Below, piece after piece: positions 40,393 through 53,933 of a stretch of DNA of 64,000 bases; positions within the stretch are counted from its first letter, which is position 1, and each line of letters opens with the position of its first letter. Below the pieces are notes generated by a model that did no database searches, was not told where the DNA came from, and saw only the letters and a program-made list of their open reading frames with translations. The DNA is from Rotaria socialis (Eukaryota): the NCBI GenBank assembly GCA_905331295.1, contig CAJNYD010000106.1, positions 62,001 to 126,000 on the forward strand. The letters are read 5' to 3'. Made by a program: the position numbers and the translations under genes.

Positions 40393-41880
40393 ATATATAT
40401 ATATCTATTCTCTTGATTGTCTGTCTATGCATATGATGATGCTCTATTCCTACAAGTCGACTACGAAAAAGAATGACAATCTGTAATAATACTCCCGTCA
40501 TCTTTTTCGTCGTCATTTATCCTTCCTTTTCGTCGTCGTAGTCGTCATCTTTTGTTTCTCGCTTATAAACACACGCACATACTTAAGTGTAACAGAATGA
40601 AAAAGAGCCTATTATATGGTTTTAAGTTCATAAAACGAGCAAAGAAAGATATGAGGTGATTGATTTCGTTTCATTACCTGTCTTCTTTACTCCTCGTTTT
40701 TTTCCTCCTCATCGTCTATTTTCAAATTTTGCGTACACCTAAACACTTGTCGGAAAATGGTGATCTATGATAGATTGATACATTCAACAAGTCCAACGAA
40801 ATTTTTTTATATTCTACGAGAAGAAACAACGTATACCTATGACAGAGATGAAAATAACAATGATAATGATCTGTTATCAACTGGTAGGTTCGATTTTCTA
40901 CTAGCTAAACAAAACGAAAAACAAAAACTCACAAAAGTCGAAGGATTGTCGATCTCTTATGTTACACGAAAAAAAATTAATATCAAGGTTTTAATTATAA
41001 TCTAATCCTTTTGAGTAGACATAGTCATTTGAGAACAGGCTCACTACAAATGCATGTCTAAGCAATGATTACTACGTATAGGAGAAAGACAAGTGTTTCA
41101 TAGTGTAAGTGAATGTTCTACTGTTGACTGTCTTGTCTTTCTTTTGCTCTATGCCTGTATAATCCTTGCCTCTCTTTCTAAGTAATCCTCGTTTTATATT
41201 AGTCATATGATCGTCATCAACGTCATCTTTTCTAGGCAGCCGAATAAAGTTGCTGCTATGCAGATAGCATTCGTCACTTCGTTTAATATGATTGCAATCG
41301 ATCACTTTGCCATCGCACGCACGTATTGTATACGTTACAAGAGTGTTTGTGTTCTCCTATTGTCCTTCCTTTTTTGCTGCTGCTGTTGTTGTTGTTTTTA
41401 TTATAATAGTAGTAATGGGTACAAGAAGTCGATGTTGCCTCATCTTCATTCATTCTTTCTTTCTCTTTTTCTCTCATTTTCCTTTGTACATCTCTTGCAT
41501 TCAACATAGTTATGTATGTAATAGGAACGAGGAAAAGATATGGAACAAAAGAAAGGAACAAGATGGAATTGTACAATGACAGGAACAAATATTCTCTCTG
41601 TTTTCTTTACTATCGGAATGAATGCATATTCGTCTTCCACATCTTTCTCATTTAGTGTAACTAAAGATAAATGTTTATTTTATGCGTCGCAAATCTCAGT
41701 TAGGAGACAAGAACAACAAGTTCGTCAACCTCGTTTAGAAGAATATTATTAAATAAAATATTATGTCATAAGTCAATAAGTCTTTTACATATAAAGCTTT
41801 TTTTTTATAATATTGATAGGTAATGAAAAAGATCATATAAAAATACTTAATTTTCTATTTTAGACGACACACCCGAGATT

Positions 41881-44800
41881 ATGAATATCGATCAATCATC
41901 ATTTTCTTCGTTGTCTCGATCACTAAATGGTCCTTTACAAGAACAACATATGATAAAGGACGAATCAAATTTTGAACATGTTTTACCTGAAAGTTATCAG
42001 CATGCATCGTACGAATATCTCTCGGCGTGTAATGGCGAAGGAAGTACGAATCAGTTTTCACCTTCAACAAATCTTTCTTCTCATCAACAACAATCATCAT
42101 CGCCATCACAAAAATATCCTAATAAATACATAACGTCAACATCTTACAGTCCGGCATCTTATCGATATCCACCAACATCGATCATCGATGAATCAACACT
42201 TACTACTAAGTCGACTTATTCAAATAATCGGCCCACGCAACAGCTATTACCAACAAGTTCACATTCAGCTCATATTTCTCAGAATAATAACAACAACAAC
42301 AACAACAACAACAATAATAATAATAATAATAATAATTCTAATCATCATTTATTACATCCAACACCATCAGATGATTCCGGCACTGAATCATCTGCAAATT
42401 ATCAACAACAAATAGGAAATCATACACATTTTGTTGTTGTTGCCATTGATTTCGGTACTACATTTAGTGGTTATGCATTCGCATTTACACGAGATATTGA
42501 TTCAATTTTAATGATGCGTAAAGTCGACGGCAATGATCCCGGTTTGTTGGATAATTTGTTTTTGTTTGTTTATCAATCGTTGTCGATTTTTTTAATAGGT
42601 GTAATAAATCAAAAAACGCCGACGACAATACTTCTAACACCAAATTTAGAGTTTCATTCATTTGGTTTTTTTGCACGAGATTTCTTTCATGATCTCGATC
42701 CAGATGAAGCTAAACGATGGCTTTATTTTGAAAAATTTAAAATGCATCTTCATTATGTACAAGTAAGAAACGATTTCCTATTTTCGACCTTCCTATCAAT
42801 TAGAAACCTTGAAGAGACAAGAAATTTCTTGCATTACAGAATAGAGGTTAGAATCATTATGCAAGAAAATAGCAACATTTATAGATATATAAATACATAC
42901 TCAATAGATCATCTGTTACGTCACGAAAGAACATCATGAGAGTAACTGACGATCGTTTAATAAAGCAATAGAAAGAGAAAAAAAAAGCCACAATCACATA
43001 ATTAATATTTTTGCCTTTTCTAATTTCTTTTTGTTATTCTATTCTTCACTCGTGTAATTACGCTTCTTCGCTTGAGAGCAAAACAAAAGGAAAAAGAATG
43101 ACTTTGGTTAATGAACAACAGATATCATCAGCAGCTGTTCGAATAAACAATGCACATGTCACTTTTTTCCTCATTTTCATTCTTGTCTACAATCCATCGA
43201 CTAAAGACAACACACATAAATAACTTCTATATAGAGAATAGAACATGTTTGTGTGTTTGCTGACGCGAGTGCAATTAAACATAACAGTTGTGTGTACGTC
43301 GTGTATATTGAATTATATAATCTCAATTTTGATTTTTTTGTTTTTTTTATAAAATTAGGATCTTAATACACAAACATTAATATCAGCTAGTAACGGTCGA
43401 AAAGTTCCAGCATTAACAATATTTACATATGCATTACAATATTTCAAAGAACATGCTCTACGTGAACTTAGTGATCAATCGGGTACAAGATTTGTTAATG
43501 AAGATGTCCGATGGGTCATCACAGTACCCGCAATATGGAAACAATCAGCTAAACAGTTTATGCGAGAAGCTGCTTATCAAGTTCGTATATAATTTGATTA
43601 TCTACGAAAGAAAAATATCTCTTAAACATTCTTAGGCTGGTATTGCATCACGTGAATTTCCTGAACAATTACTTATTGCTTTGGAACCTGAAGCAGCATC
43701 AATTTATATCCGTAAACTTCGGATGCACCAATTCGTTCCTGATGAAACACCCACATTTTCACGTAATACAGTAAGACGTGAACATGGCATATTTTCATCG
43801 GCATTATCTGATCAATCGTCGTTATTTCATGATCCTGAACGAGGTTTGTACATGATGTTTTCATTAGTCTAATCAATTAATTTCTATTCTATAGCACCAA
43901 ATGATCATACAGATTCTAATCCACATAATCAAACATTTGAAGTACTACTAGATCGCGGTACACGTTATATTGTTGTAGATTGTGGTGGTGGAACAGTTGA
44001 TATTACTGTACATGAACTCGATAATCGAATGGGTACATTAAAAGAATTATACAAAGCAACAGGTGGACCTTTCGGTTCAGTTGGTATGTTAGATGAAGTT
44101 TTCAAGAAACAAACTAAGAATCACATTTGTTTATTTTTCAAAGGTGTTGATCAAGAATTTGAAAAGACAATGAATTCAATATTTGGTGCAGAAGTTATGG
44201 AAGAATTTAAATTAAAACGACCAGCTGGTTATGTAGATTTAATGATTGCATTCGAAGCACGAAAACGAACAGCTAGTCCATTTAAAAACAATCCATTAAA
44301 TATATCGTTGCCATTTTCATTTATTGATTATTATAAAAAGAAAAAGGTAGAATTATTTGATCCGATTCATTTCTATGCACGTTCCTTAAATAAGAATAAT
44401 CTTCCCTGTTTTGCTTGCGAGTTTATTTTATTTTTTTCTTGTGCCCTTTTCCTGCGCACGTAGTTTTAGAGCGATGATTTAAGAAGAATTTTAAAAAAAT
44501 CTACTTAGGACGCCTTAAAACACATCTGTATCCTTAGTTATTGTCGAGCCTTCCTTTGAAAAACCAAGTGCTTGCTTATGTGGCCAAACTCAACAAGGTG
44601 GGAAATGAATGTTTCATATAATCTATACACACATATATACTTTTTTCATATTTCTCGCCTTATTGATTGATTTTTCTACTCGTTTTTTTTGTTGTCTGTC
44701 TGGTTTTTGTCCCTATTTTGATATGGTTCGAATAGAATATTATTGTAGCTTTTTTTTCGTCCTGCACTTCGGTTCGCTGATGAAAAATAGAATTTTTGAG

Positions 44801-45926
44801 AAGATTTTTTATTAGAAGAGAGCACTTTGTCCCAATGTTTTAGCATGCGTATTTGTCGTTTGATTATTGTTGTTGAAATAGAAAAGTCAGAAAAGCAATC
44901 TCGAGGGTTTTTCTAAATCGAGTTCTATTTTCATAGGGTTCAACAGTTGAGTCAGCTATTCGTCGTTACAATGATCCAGATATAAAATGGTCAACACAAG
45001 GAATGATGAGATTAACACCAGAAGCTATGAAACGTCTTTTTCATCCGACAATAGAAAAAATAAAAGCAACCATTGGAGAAATATTGAATACTCCTGATGT
45101 TAAAGGTGAGAAAGAACAACTATCTTAACAAATTATAACAACTCTTATTTTCTATTTAAGGTATTCAATATCTTTTTCTTGTTGGTGGTTTTGCTGAATC
45201 ACCTATACTTCAACATGAAATTCGTCGAGCGTTTTCATCGATACTTAAAGTAATTATTCCTCAAGATGTATCTTTAACAATTTTGAAAGGTAACATATAT
45301 TCTTTTTTTCTGATTAAATGAAAAATATTTAATTATGTTTTTCTTCTCTAAAAAAAAACAAGGTGCTGTTTTATTTGGACTTGATCCTACTATAGTTAAC
45401 GTTCGTCGTTCACGTTTAACATATGGAGTTTCTGTACTCAATCGATTCGTAGCAGATTATCATCCAAATGAAAAGAAAATCATCAAAGATAATATTGAAT
45501 GGTGTGCTGATATATTTGATAAATTTGTTCTCGTGGATCAATCCATTGGACTTGGTGATATTGTTGTTAGAAAATATACACCAGCAAGACATAATCAAGC
45601 ACAATGTATTATTTCATTCTATTGTTCCGAATCAGATAAGCCAATCTATGTAACTGATCCGGGTGTAAGAAAAATCGGTAAGTCAAACCAATATATTTTT
45701 CTAAAAATGTTTTGATAATTATTTTTCTTTTTAAGGTACTCTTGTTTTGGATATGTTTCAAAGCGGACATTTATCAGTCGACCAAAGTATTTTAGCAGCT
45801 AATAAAAATCCAAGACGTGAGATTCAAACTCGAATGGTTTTTGGTGATACTGAAATAAAAGTGAGCGCACTTGATGTTACAACAGGCAAATGTGTTCGAG
45901 CTACAATCGATTTTTTAAATAAATAA
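41881..45926 (+). CDS. HSPA12: Heat shock 70 kDa protein 12 (HSPA12A/B family)
   Basis: Exons 41881-42541, 42599-42762, 43359-43580, 43636-43843, 43895-44083, 44144-44346, 44937-45105, 45161-45289, 45363-45677, 45736-45926. Motifs: [85 protein letters not shown] and C-terminal IDFLNK. A further upstream coding exon (40757-40883, phase 1, spliced to an acceptor at 41864) is possible. Confidence 0.95.
42284..42341 (+). repeat. AAT/AAC trinucleotide tract encoding poly-Asn in the HSPA12 N-terminal extension
   Basis: In-frame mixed AAT/AAC codons translate as a long Asn run followed by SNHH. Confidence 0.9.
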
Positions 45927-46290
45927 ATTTTATCTTCTATTGACAGTATCATTGTATATATAAATCTATATTTATAATTAGAGAATCGCTCTCAGGGCGT
46001 CTCTACGTATTGACATATAGTCAAATATTGATCAGTAGAGAATGAAATAAATATTCGAAGAAAACTATTTTCATTGAACTTGAACTTGTCTTTTTCTTTT
46101 TCTTTCTTGTGTGATTTATCTTTTTTGCTTTAATTCTTTTCTTTTCGTTTTTTGAACTTGTAGCCCGCTTTTTGTTTTTGTTCGTAAGCAATATGCATTT
46201 TTCTATTTGTTATTGAAAAAAGAAATTAGAATCTATGTTAAGTAATGTTATACAGCGCTCTTTTTTTTAAATATTCATATATATTATATG

Positions 46291-46326
<36 letters not shown>

Positions 46327-49300
46327 CACATTCGTCATCGAACACTAAAATTTATTGGTTTTGTTTTTTTGTTTTTGTCTTTTTCTACTTATTCAATTTT
46401 TTTGCTATTGATGGTTAGGCAGATAATAATTCACTAAAATGAAAACGAGAGTAACGAACAAAACTTACAGATTGTGTTTGTATATAAAATTTTATCATTA
46501 TGCATAATTGATTCTTCAAGCATATTGTTCTAAAAGCTCGACGTTGATTATCTTACATATTGGACTCGATTGTTGACTCTAGTAGACGTATAATGTCGGA
46601 CTAAACTAGTTGTCTTCGTCAATAACTAATGTTTTTTTTTATGATATTATGCTTATCTTTGGGGTGTGTATGTAGAGCAATAAAAACTGCTTGTAACCAT
46701 TAAATCGCTCTCCCTTGATTTGTATGTAATGGATTTAGAAGGCAAACATGATCTATCACCAGGGATCATTTCAGCTTAGCTATACAAGTAAACAGACTGA
46801 TATTCTCCGAAAAAATGAGTGCCACGTGCATTAGAATCTACTGAGGTATTGTCTATGTGTAGTGAAAGAAAAAAGAACTAAACGGTGGCTTTGACAAAAT
46901 AGTAAGTTCTGACCAGATGATGATGATACCATCTTTCAGAACTAGTCTACAGAGATAGGTTCATCATCGTAAGATGCGCCACATATTTCACTGATAATAG
47001 AGACGACATATGGTATTGCCTTTAGCACTGAAGAAAAATACATTAAATACTTTTAGACGGGCTACATAACAAATGAAAATTGTTCGAGTGCATGCGTTGC
47101 ACTTAATGTATTTTCCGGAAGGAAAGATCATATTTTAATCCTAAGTCGAGTACATCTGAATCTACGGGAAACAGATTGATTGTCTTATAGATATGAAAAG
47201 AATAGCAGTATTCCATAGCATAGAAGCGACTGCTTGAGATATTTTTCTAGTCTGATAACATTTATCAAAGAAGATAATTTCTATTTTTATGCATGCCTAC
47301 ACTAAACTAACTTCCATCAAAACAAATTTGCTTGTTAACATACACGAATGAGATGATAATTGCAATAAGTTAATAAAGAACATTATTATTGTAGACAATT
47401 ACATATTTCATATCAATCAGTTTGATGAATATATGCATGAGATATATCTGCACTTTGTTTATTTAGATGTTATAGGTCATGCATAATTCGTCTTTGATAT
47501 GAAACATTATTTTTTGTCTTATCTTTACTTCTGTCACCATTGGAAACTTTTTATATATAAGCTACACATCTCGTCTTTTATTTGACCTACATGTCTGTTT
47601 TTGCTAACTCCTGTGGTTATGACAGATTTTGTAAAAAAACAGAGACAATATCCTTTTGATTAATGTAAGACAAATTGTATTTATGCAAGTGTCATTCTGC
47701 CAATTACTCGTGGGGATTCTCTTCTGTTCTATTGAAATTGGCTAAATATAGAAGTAAACGTGAATAATATAGTTCAATAAAAAAATAAATGATACATCTC
47801 GATCCATCAATAGCATCTCAGTAAATTTGAATACTTATATCTCGTAGAGAATATATCTGTGCTGTCACTGAATCATACAAATATAGTAATACAACAGACA
47901 TTACCCAATCAGCAATACAAATCTAGACATGTCTTTAGATGAGATATGCATCAAAGCAGCTGACACAAACGGCATCATCCATTGCTTATTGGTTTGCTGA
48001 CTGGAAAGCGACAGATACAATGTCGCATGGACATTATTTGCTGTATGCATCTCATACGTAATCATGTCTAACTGATTTATTGAATCAATTAGTGAACCTA
48101 TTTGAGTTGACCCATTGGCATATCATTTGTTTGATGGGTGAAACGCCGGGAGATTGTTTATTCTCTCTCCCTCTCTAATCATCTCAACATACTGATGGCA
48201 ATTGATCAGCAAAGAAGAGATGCTACGGAAAATTCTTGTTCTATAGAATCAAGATTGTGCATCATCTATTGAAATAAAAAAAAAAGAGTTATCTTCTGAT
48301 GAATCATATTAATTTGATTTTAATGATAGTTTTTATTCTAAATTCAACCTTGATCAATGCATATCATTTCATAAAACTTCAAAACTCCTTCTTTTGCATC
48401 TATGATAATACTACAGTTGAGCGTACTTTAGAATTAATATGACATTCACATTCTCTAAATTAATATTGATAGTAAATGTGGGAGACAACCAATGAAAATA
48501 GTAGACATTTTTTAAATGCCGCTTCTTTTCAATCTTATGATTTATGAGTAGATCATAAAATATGTTAACAACCGATCTATTTTATGCAGCGAATTGTGAT
48601 CATGATCGATGATGCTTTAAATACTACAAAAGAAAACTCACCAGAGCCTATCAAGATTCAAACGTTGAATATTAATTGAATGAGTTTATCTGTATTAAAG
48701 TCGTATGAGCTATCATCCAACTGGAGAATTGTTCGTAGAATAAACATTTTTTCTATTCTTCAGGAGAGGTATGCAAAGGTAATTCAAGTTATTTTATCGA
48801 GTTTAGCTTCAAACGTCAATAAAAACTTGTCGAGTGTTATTGCTGATAAGACTGTATAACAGTAAAGATAGAGAAACGTGTTTTGATTTTTTGATTCGAT
48901 GATACTTTACGTCGACTTGAGCCTCAAATATTTCATCTAATATGATATTCATAAGTTGTTCAACAACTATAAAAAAAAGAATATCACTAAAGATATGCGT
49001 ATTAAATCAATGTGTCTGGCATAAAGATTATCACAAACTTAAAATAATAAAATATTTTGACAGATACTTTAATTTGTTTTTATCTAAACTAAAAATGCAA
49101 CTAGAAATACCATAAGGTTTTTCAGTACTTCGTGACTTATGTGTCATGATAAAGCTATCTCAGTCAGAGGTCAGATCCAAACTCGAATCAATCAAACTAA
49201 ATGCAATTTTGCCCTTGATATAAATCATGCAAAAACCTAAAAACAACAACTTCTGTTTATTGCGGTATCATCTGTCAAAATGGCAAGCTCTTGGAAATCC

Positions 49301-50287
49301 TGAATAATTGTATATTCATTAATCAAAAAAACTGTGTTGGCTTCTTTCGAAAAAAACATCACCGTTTTGTGACAAATGTCTCTGCGCATAGACAAATGTA
49401 AACATGGTCTTGGAAGATATTTTTTAAACATCTGAGAATAATCAATATCACAATAAAACGATGCTGTTAATTAATCAAAGTACCAACCTTTCCTATAATC
49501 TAAACAATAATGTTAATTTATTATTAATATTATTGTTTTCTGGAGGCTGTCGGGCATTATAGAAAAACATATGTAAAATATTGATGAATTAATCATGAAG
49601 GTCGAATATTTGAGATATTCGGAATATTTTGTCTTTGATATTGAAGATACTAATTTTTCTAGCACATATAATTTATTGATTATGTTTAAAAATGATGCAT
49701 ATTTTTATAAGATTCGATTTCGTACACATTTCATTTAGTCTACTTGTGATATTCACATATCAGTTATGATTATGATCGATTTTCTTAACTTCAAACGTTC
49801 AATTTTAGTCAAATTAAATATTTTTTTTTCTAACCCGATCAATTAATGCGTTGTGAAGAATTATTTTGAGTTGTTTAGCATATTTAAATAAATTCCACCA
49901 TTGAGTTTCGTGACAGAAATATTCTGCCAGTCAATATTGATATCAAAGCTATGCCATATTTATCAATACTTTAATTTAATTTCAACTTGCAATACTCATA
50001 CAACGATTGTCAATACAAAAATTCACTGATGAAAGCTGCAATATGATCGACATCTCCAAAAAAATGTCTCTAAATAACAGAAAAACATTGAAAATAGTTA
50101 GTACGATTTTCGTAGTACCAATTGAATAGCTCTCTATCTACTAGATACGAAAATACCAATAGATTCGATATTTTCCTGTTGTTTATTTATTCGTTCTTCC
50201 GATGATATTATTCGATAAACAAGATAGCCATTCGATCTATAGTTGGACGTCCATAGATCACCAAACTATTAGAACATCGATTTCAAA

Positions 50288-50914
50288 ATGTCAGATAATC
50301 ATGAATCTTCGATTACTTATTTCATATCTATCACACATTGTCAAAGGGATGATGCCATTCAATTTTTAGAAACAACCAACTGGAGACTTGATAGATCTCT
50401 AAATTTATTCTTTGAACAAGATTATAACCGGCAAAAATCTCCTGTTCATTCAAAACGTATCGATGCACCGTACCAGCAATGCGAAAATAAAGCTAATGCT
50501 CGCGCTTTTGATCTTGTTCCCATATCACCTAGATCATTATCTAAAACGATTATTATACCGACGATGCTTGAATTTCAACGGTAAATATTCTAAGTGAAAT
50601 AAGAATTTTGAAATTTATCTTATATTCTTAGATTTATTCAATCATATGAGGATCGTACTACAAATTTACTAGAAAATTCATCGAAAATGATGAATTTAAC
50701 AATGAAATATGCAACACATAAAAACGTTAATATTCCGTCCAATGAACTCGAGCATTGGAAGATTCATTTAAAAGCCGATTATACACGTTTACAAGCATTA
50801 CTTGATAATGACATGTGTGCACCGTTAGTTTGGATAGAACATTTCGAACATTTATTGAATGGAAATATCTGTCAATTATTCGATTGTGATTACATGTTTA
50901 CTATCAGTGATTAG
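50288..50914 (+). CDS. Small two-exon protein (191 aa) with an N-terminal UBA-like domain (DCN1/TDP2/UBXN7 type) and an unrecognised C-terminal region
   Basis: Exons 50288-50580 and 50632-50914, separated by a 51-nt GT-AG intron in phase 2. ITYFISITHCQRDDAIQFLETTNWRLDRSLNLFFE fits the F..IT....A..FL...NW.L..A...FF UBA-like pattern. Confidence 0.75.
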
Positions 50915-50974
50915 ACCTACATGCGTATTTCTATTTTTATTTGCTTTAAATAAAACAAGCAGAAAAGCGAAAAA

Positions 50975-51775
50975 CTATTCGAGCTTTTCTGACCATAAAA
51001 CGCGTCCTTCCATACCACCGTGTATCATTAAAACATTTCCTGTCTGATGTCCAGCTGTTTTATTTGATGCAAAGAATAGACAAGCTTGAGCAACATCTTC
51101 AGTTTCAGCTACTTTTCGTAACGATGTTGTTCGTAATGCTTTTAAATGTTTTCCTTCTTCAATTGCAGTTACAGCCATCGGTGTACGTGTCCATCCCGGT
51201 GCAATTACATTACAACGCGCATTAGGAATAATATGAACGATTTCATTTTTTAAAGATTTGATAAAACCTGATTGAATTGCACCTTTACTTGTGGCATAAT
51301 CGATATGATTTGCTTCGCCGAATTTGCCTGCTGTTGAACCGATGAAAATTAAATTAGCATTTAAATTACTAATATCACCCGTTGGTTTTAAACGTATTAA
51401 TTGACGACACCATTCACGTGCATAAAGGAAGTACGATGTTAAATTAACATCCAATGTACGTTGCCATTGCTCAAGTGACATTTCCCATATTGGCTTTTCA
51501 TCATCAACATACGTCGCATGATTGACAATACAAACATTAATAAGACCGAATCGAGTACAACTTTGTTCAATACCTTTCGCTACAGCTTGCTCATCGGTTG
51601 CATTGACCGATAGAGCGCAACATTGATCAGCATATTGGCTGAGTAGAGAATTTAGCGTTTCAAATGTACGATTGTAATGTAGAGAAACATTTGCACCTTG
51701 CTCAAGAAATAAACGTGCAACAGAAAAACCAATACCGCCAGCCGCACCGGTTATGAGAACATGTTGGCCTTTCAT
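50975..51775 (-). CDS. Short-chain dehydrogenase/reductase (classical SDR), intronless, about 266 aa
   Basis: The likely start is ATG at 51775 (MKGQHVLITGAAGGIG, Rossmann TGxxxGIG). The catalytic Ser lies in IGSTAG, YxxxK is YATSK, and NVIAPG is present. The upstream extension in the ORF track starts at a non-ATG codon and is probably UTR. Confidence 0.93.
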   Translation of the reverse strand: MKGQHVLITGAAGGIGFSVARLFLEQGANVSLHYNRTFETLNSLLSQYADQCCALSVNATDEQAVAKGIEQSCTRFGLINVCIVNHATYVDDEKPIWEMSLEQWQRTLDVNLTSYFLYAREWCRQLIRLKPTGDISNLNANLIFIGSTAGKFGEANHIDYATSKGAIQSGFIKSLKNEIVHIIPNARCNVIAPGWTRTPMAVTAIEEGKHLKALRTTSLRKVAETEDVAQACLFFASNKTAGHQTGNVLMIHGGMEGRVLWSEKLE

Positions 51776-53044
51776 TTTCTTTCTTTGGTTGTGAGACAGA
51801 AGATAAGATATAAAATAATACAACACACAAAGAAACTTTTGTTTCTTCTTCTCGAAAGAAAACAAAGACAACCCAGTATGGTCAACCATTATCAGAAATA
51901 AATGATTGGATAAAAAATATCTGAACACTTGATTCAATTCAAAAGTTTTAAAGATTTAAAAGAAAATGTTTTTTTAGATATCTTAACTAAATTTTAGATA
52001 TTAAGAATAAATATACTAGATCGAAAGATGTCAGATCTTGATTATAACTATGAAATATATTCCTGTTCAAAATTAGTGAAGATTAATTTTATTTTCAATA
52101 TCGCACAACTTCCTATGTTTCTATAATTTACATAACTTAATCATAATATCTAATAGATAGTAATGCGTCGGATAAAGGTAGCATATTATTTTTGTTTTTG
52201 ATATAGCGTTCAATTTTTATATCATACAAACTTGATCCTTATCTGGTTACTGAGTTTTTTGTAAGCAAGGAATTATCAATCTACTTAGAAAAAAAATATT
52301 ATGTGCAACAGGATTTAAATTCTACATGAAAATTGAAAGCATATCGAGTTGTTCCATTCTTAATTGCAAATAAAATTATGTATGTAGCTATCTATTTTTC
52401 AATCTTCTATACATTAGATCAACTATTTAAATCTCAGAAGAAAACTCATCATGCCAGAATTAATTAATTATGTACTGATGAAGTACATTATCGAACACCT
52501 CTACTAGAGAGCTGTACTTGAAGGTGCAACGAAATTTTAGAAAAGTTTTGATTTTTAAATTTGCATGTGAGCTTCGGTCAAGTTTTCGAATCAAATTCTT
52601 CACCATTTTGAATTCCTTAATGATCTCTGTCAAGTTTTATATGAGGATCTTTTTTCCATGTGAAAGAATACACATCTTGTATATTAATATAAAATACGAC
52701 GAGCACTACATCTACCAATATCGTTCTGTCTAGCCTTGTCTATCTTTGTTGTTTTACTAACAACTATGCGGAATTCGCATCGTCGAGTATGAATCTTCGA
52801 ATAACAACATATATGACGTTATCGTTGATGAAAACTAATCATTTTTTTCTCATCAAGCATAAAAAAATACCCATAACATTCGACACAGCTCAATCACAAA
52901 AAGAAATAAAAGTGATTGAAAATATTTCATTCACATTGTCAATGTACCCTAAATAACTAGACAAATAGTCTAAACTAAATATAACCAGTAGAATATTTCG
53001 TACAAGAAAAAAAAACTGTTAGCGCAATCCCTGTGAAATTAAAA

Positions 53045-53347
53045 TGTGAAACACGATGAAACGTCTTTGCTGAAATCCGTCTACCACAGTCTGTGAGCCT
53101 TTACAGCTTTTCGCCACTGTCTGTAATTATATATGGAGCCTTTCGACTATGGTCTGTGGTGATCTGTGGAGCTTTTCTGTCACGGCCTGTATCATGATGT
53201 ATGGAGTCGCTAGAGACCATCACAGACCGTTGCAGAGAATTCAGAAACTATCGCTGAGAAATTAATTTCCATGTAACGGTCTGTGGGGGAGGGGGGGCAA
53301 AGTTTTACCCTATACACTTCAACACTCCTTTCAGATCGTGTTTCACA
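53045..53347. mobile_element. Decayed non-autonomous DNA-transposon-like element with 13-bp inverted repeats and internal degenerate tandem repeats
   Basis: TGTGAAACACGAT (53045-53057) and its reverse complement ATCGTGTTTCACA (53335-53347) flank about four degenerate 30-34-nt units (c.acgGTCTGT...GGAGCTTTTC), an inverted CACAGACCGT and a G-rich run. GC content is above that of the flanks. Confidence 0.5.
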
Positions 53348-53933
53348 AAAGTTTTTCGAACGGAAATTTCTTGAGAGGTTTAAAAATTTAGTAAAAAATA
53401 TCAGAGAAAAATCGACAAAGGAATATTAATTCAACATTTCGAAACAAAAAAACGAATATTATCGACGATCTAAATGCAAAATTTTGATTATAAAAAGACA
53501 TGCTTGGAGAGAAGCATAATTATGCATTAATTGAAAATAATTTAGAAAAAGGTAACATTCATTCCCGACTGTGTACTGATTGGATATGGGGTGCGCTATT
53601 TACAACAAGACGTGTGTACAGCGTTCAAATCATGATGAATCACACGAAGATTCAGCATATGGGTCTTTCATTTGACGTTGCTTTTATGTTCAGATTATTG
53701 CATTTTATCAAGCAGCTAGATGATATTCGAGTTGACAATGAAGAATAAGAATATTTAAATAGAGAACATATGATTTATTGAATTTGTCATGAAAGAAATA
53801 TTGAATTTTATTCATCCGAACATGAAATCCGAATTTTTGAGTATCAAATGGTTGAAGTTTAAAGAACAAAAAATTAAAATAAAACACTCTTCGAATAGAA
53901 AAAAAGGAATATAGATATTCATATTCATATTTT

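Noticed and set aside
37557..41752. Cluster of short ORFs, including one with a poly-Cys run (41207-41509)
   Set aside because: This is AT-rich UTR, intergenic or intronic sequence. The poly-Cys comes from a TGC/TGT microsatellite.
42542..42598. Hydrophobic insert [18 protein letters not shown] in the HSPA12 ORF, suggesting a membrane segment
   Set aside because: It is a 57-nt GT-AG intron that happens to be in frame and stop-free.
47905..48070. Weak inverted similarities (TAGACATG/CATGTCTA, ATGAGAT/ATCTCAT, CCAATCAGCAAT/ATTGCTTATTGG)
   Set aside because: They are too short and gapped to separate from chance or an old relic without a genome-wide search.
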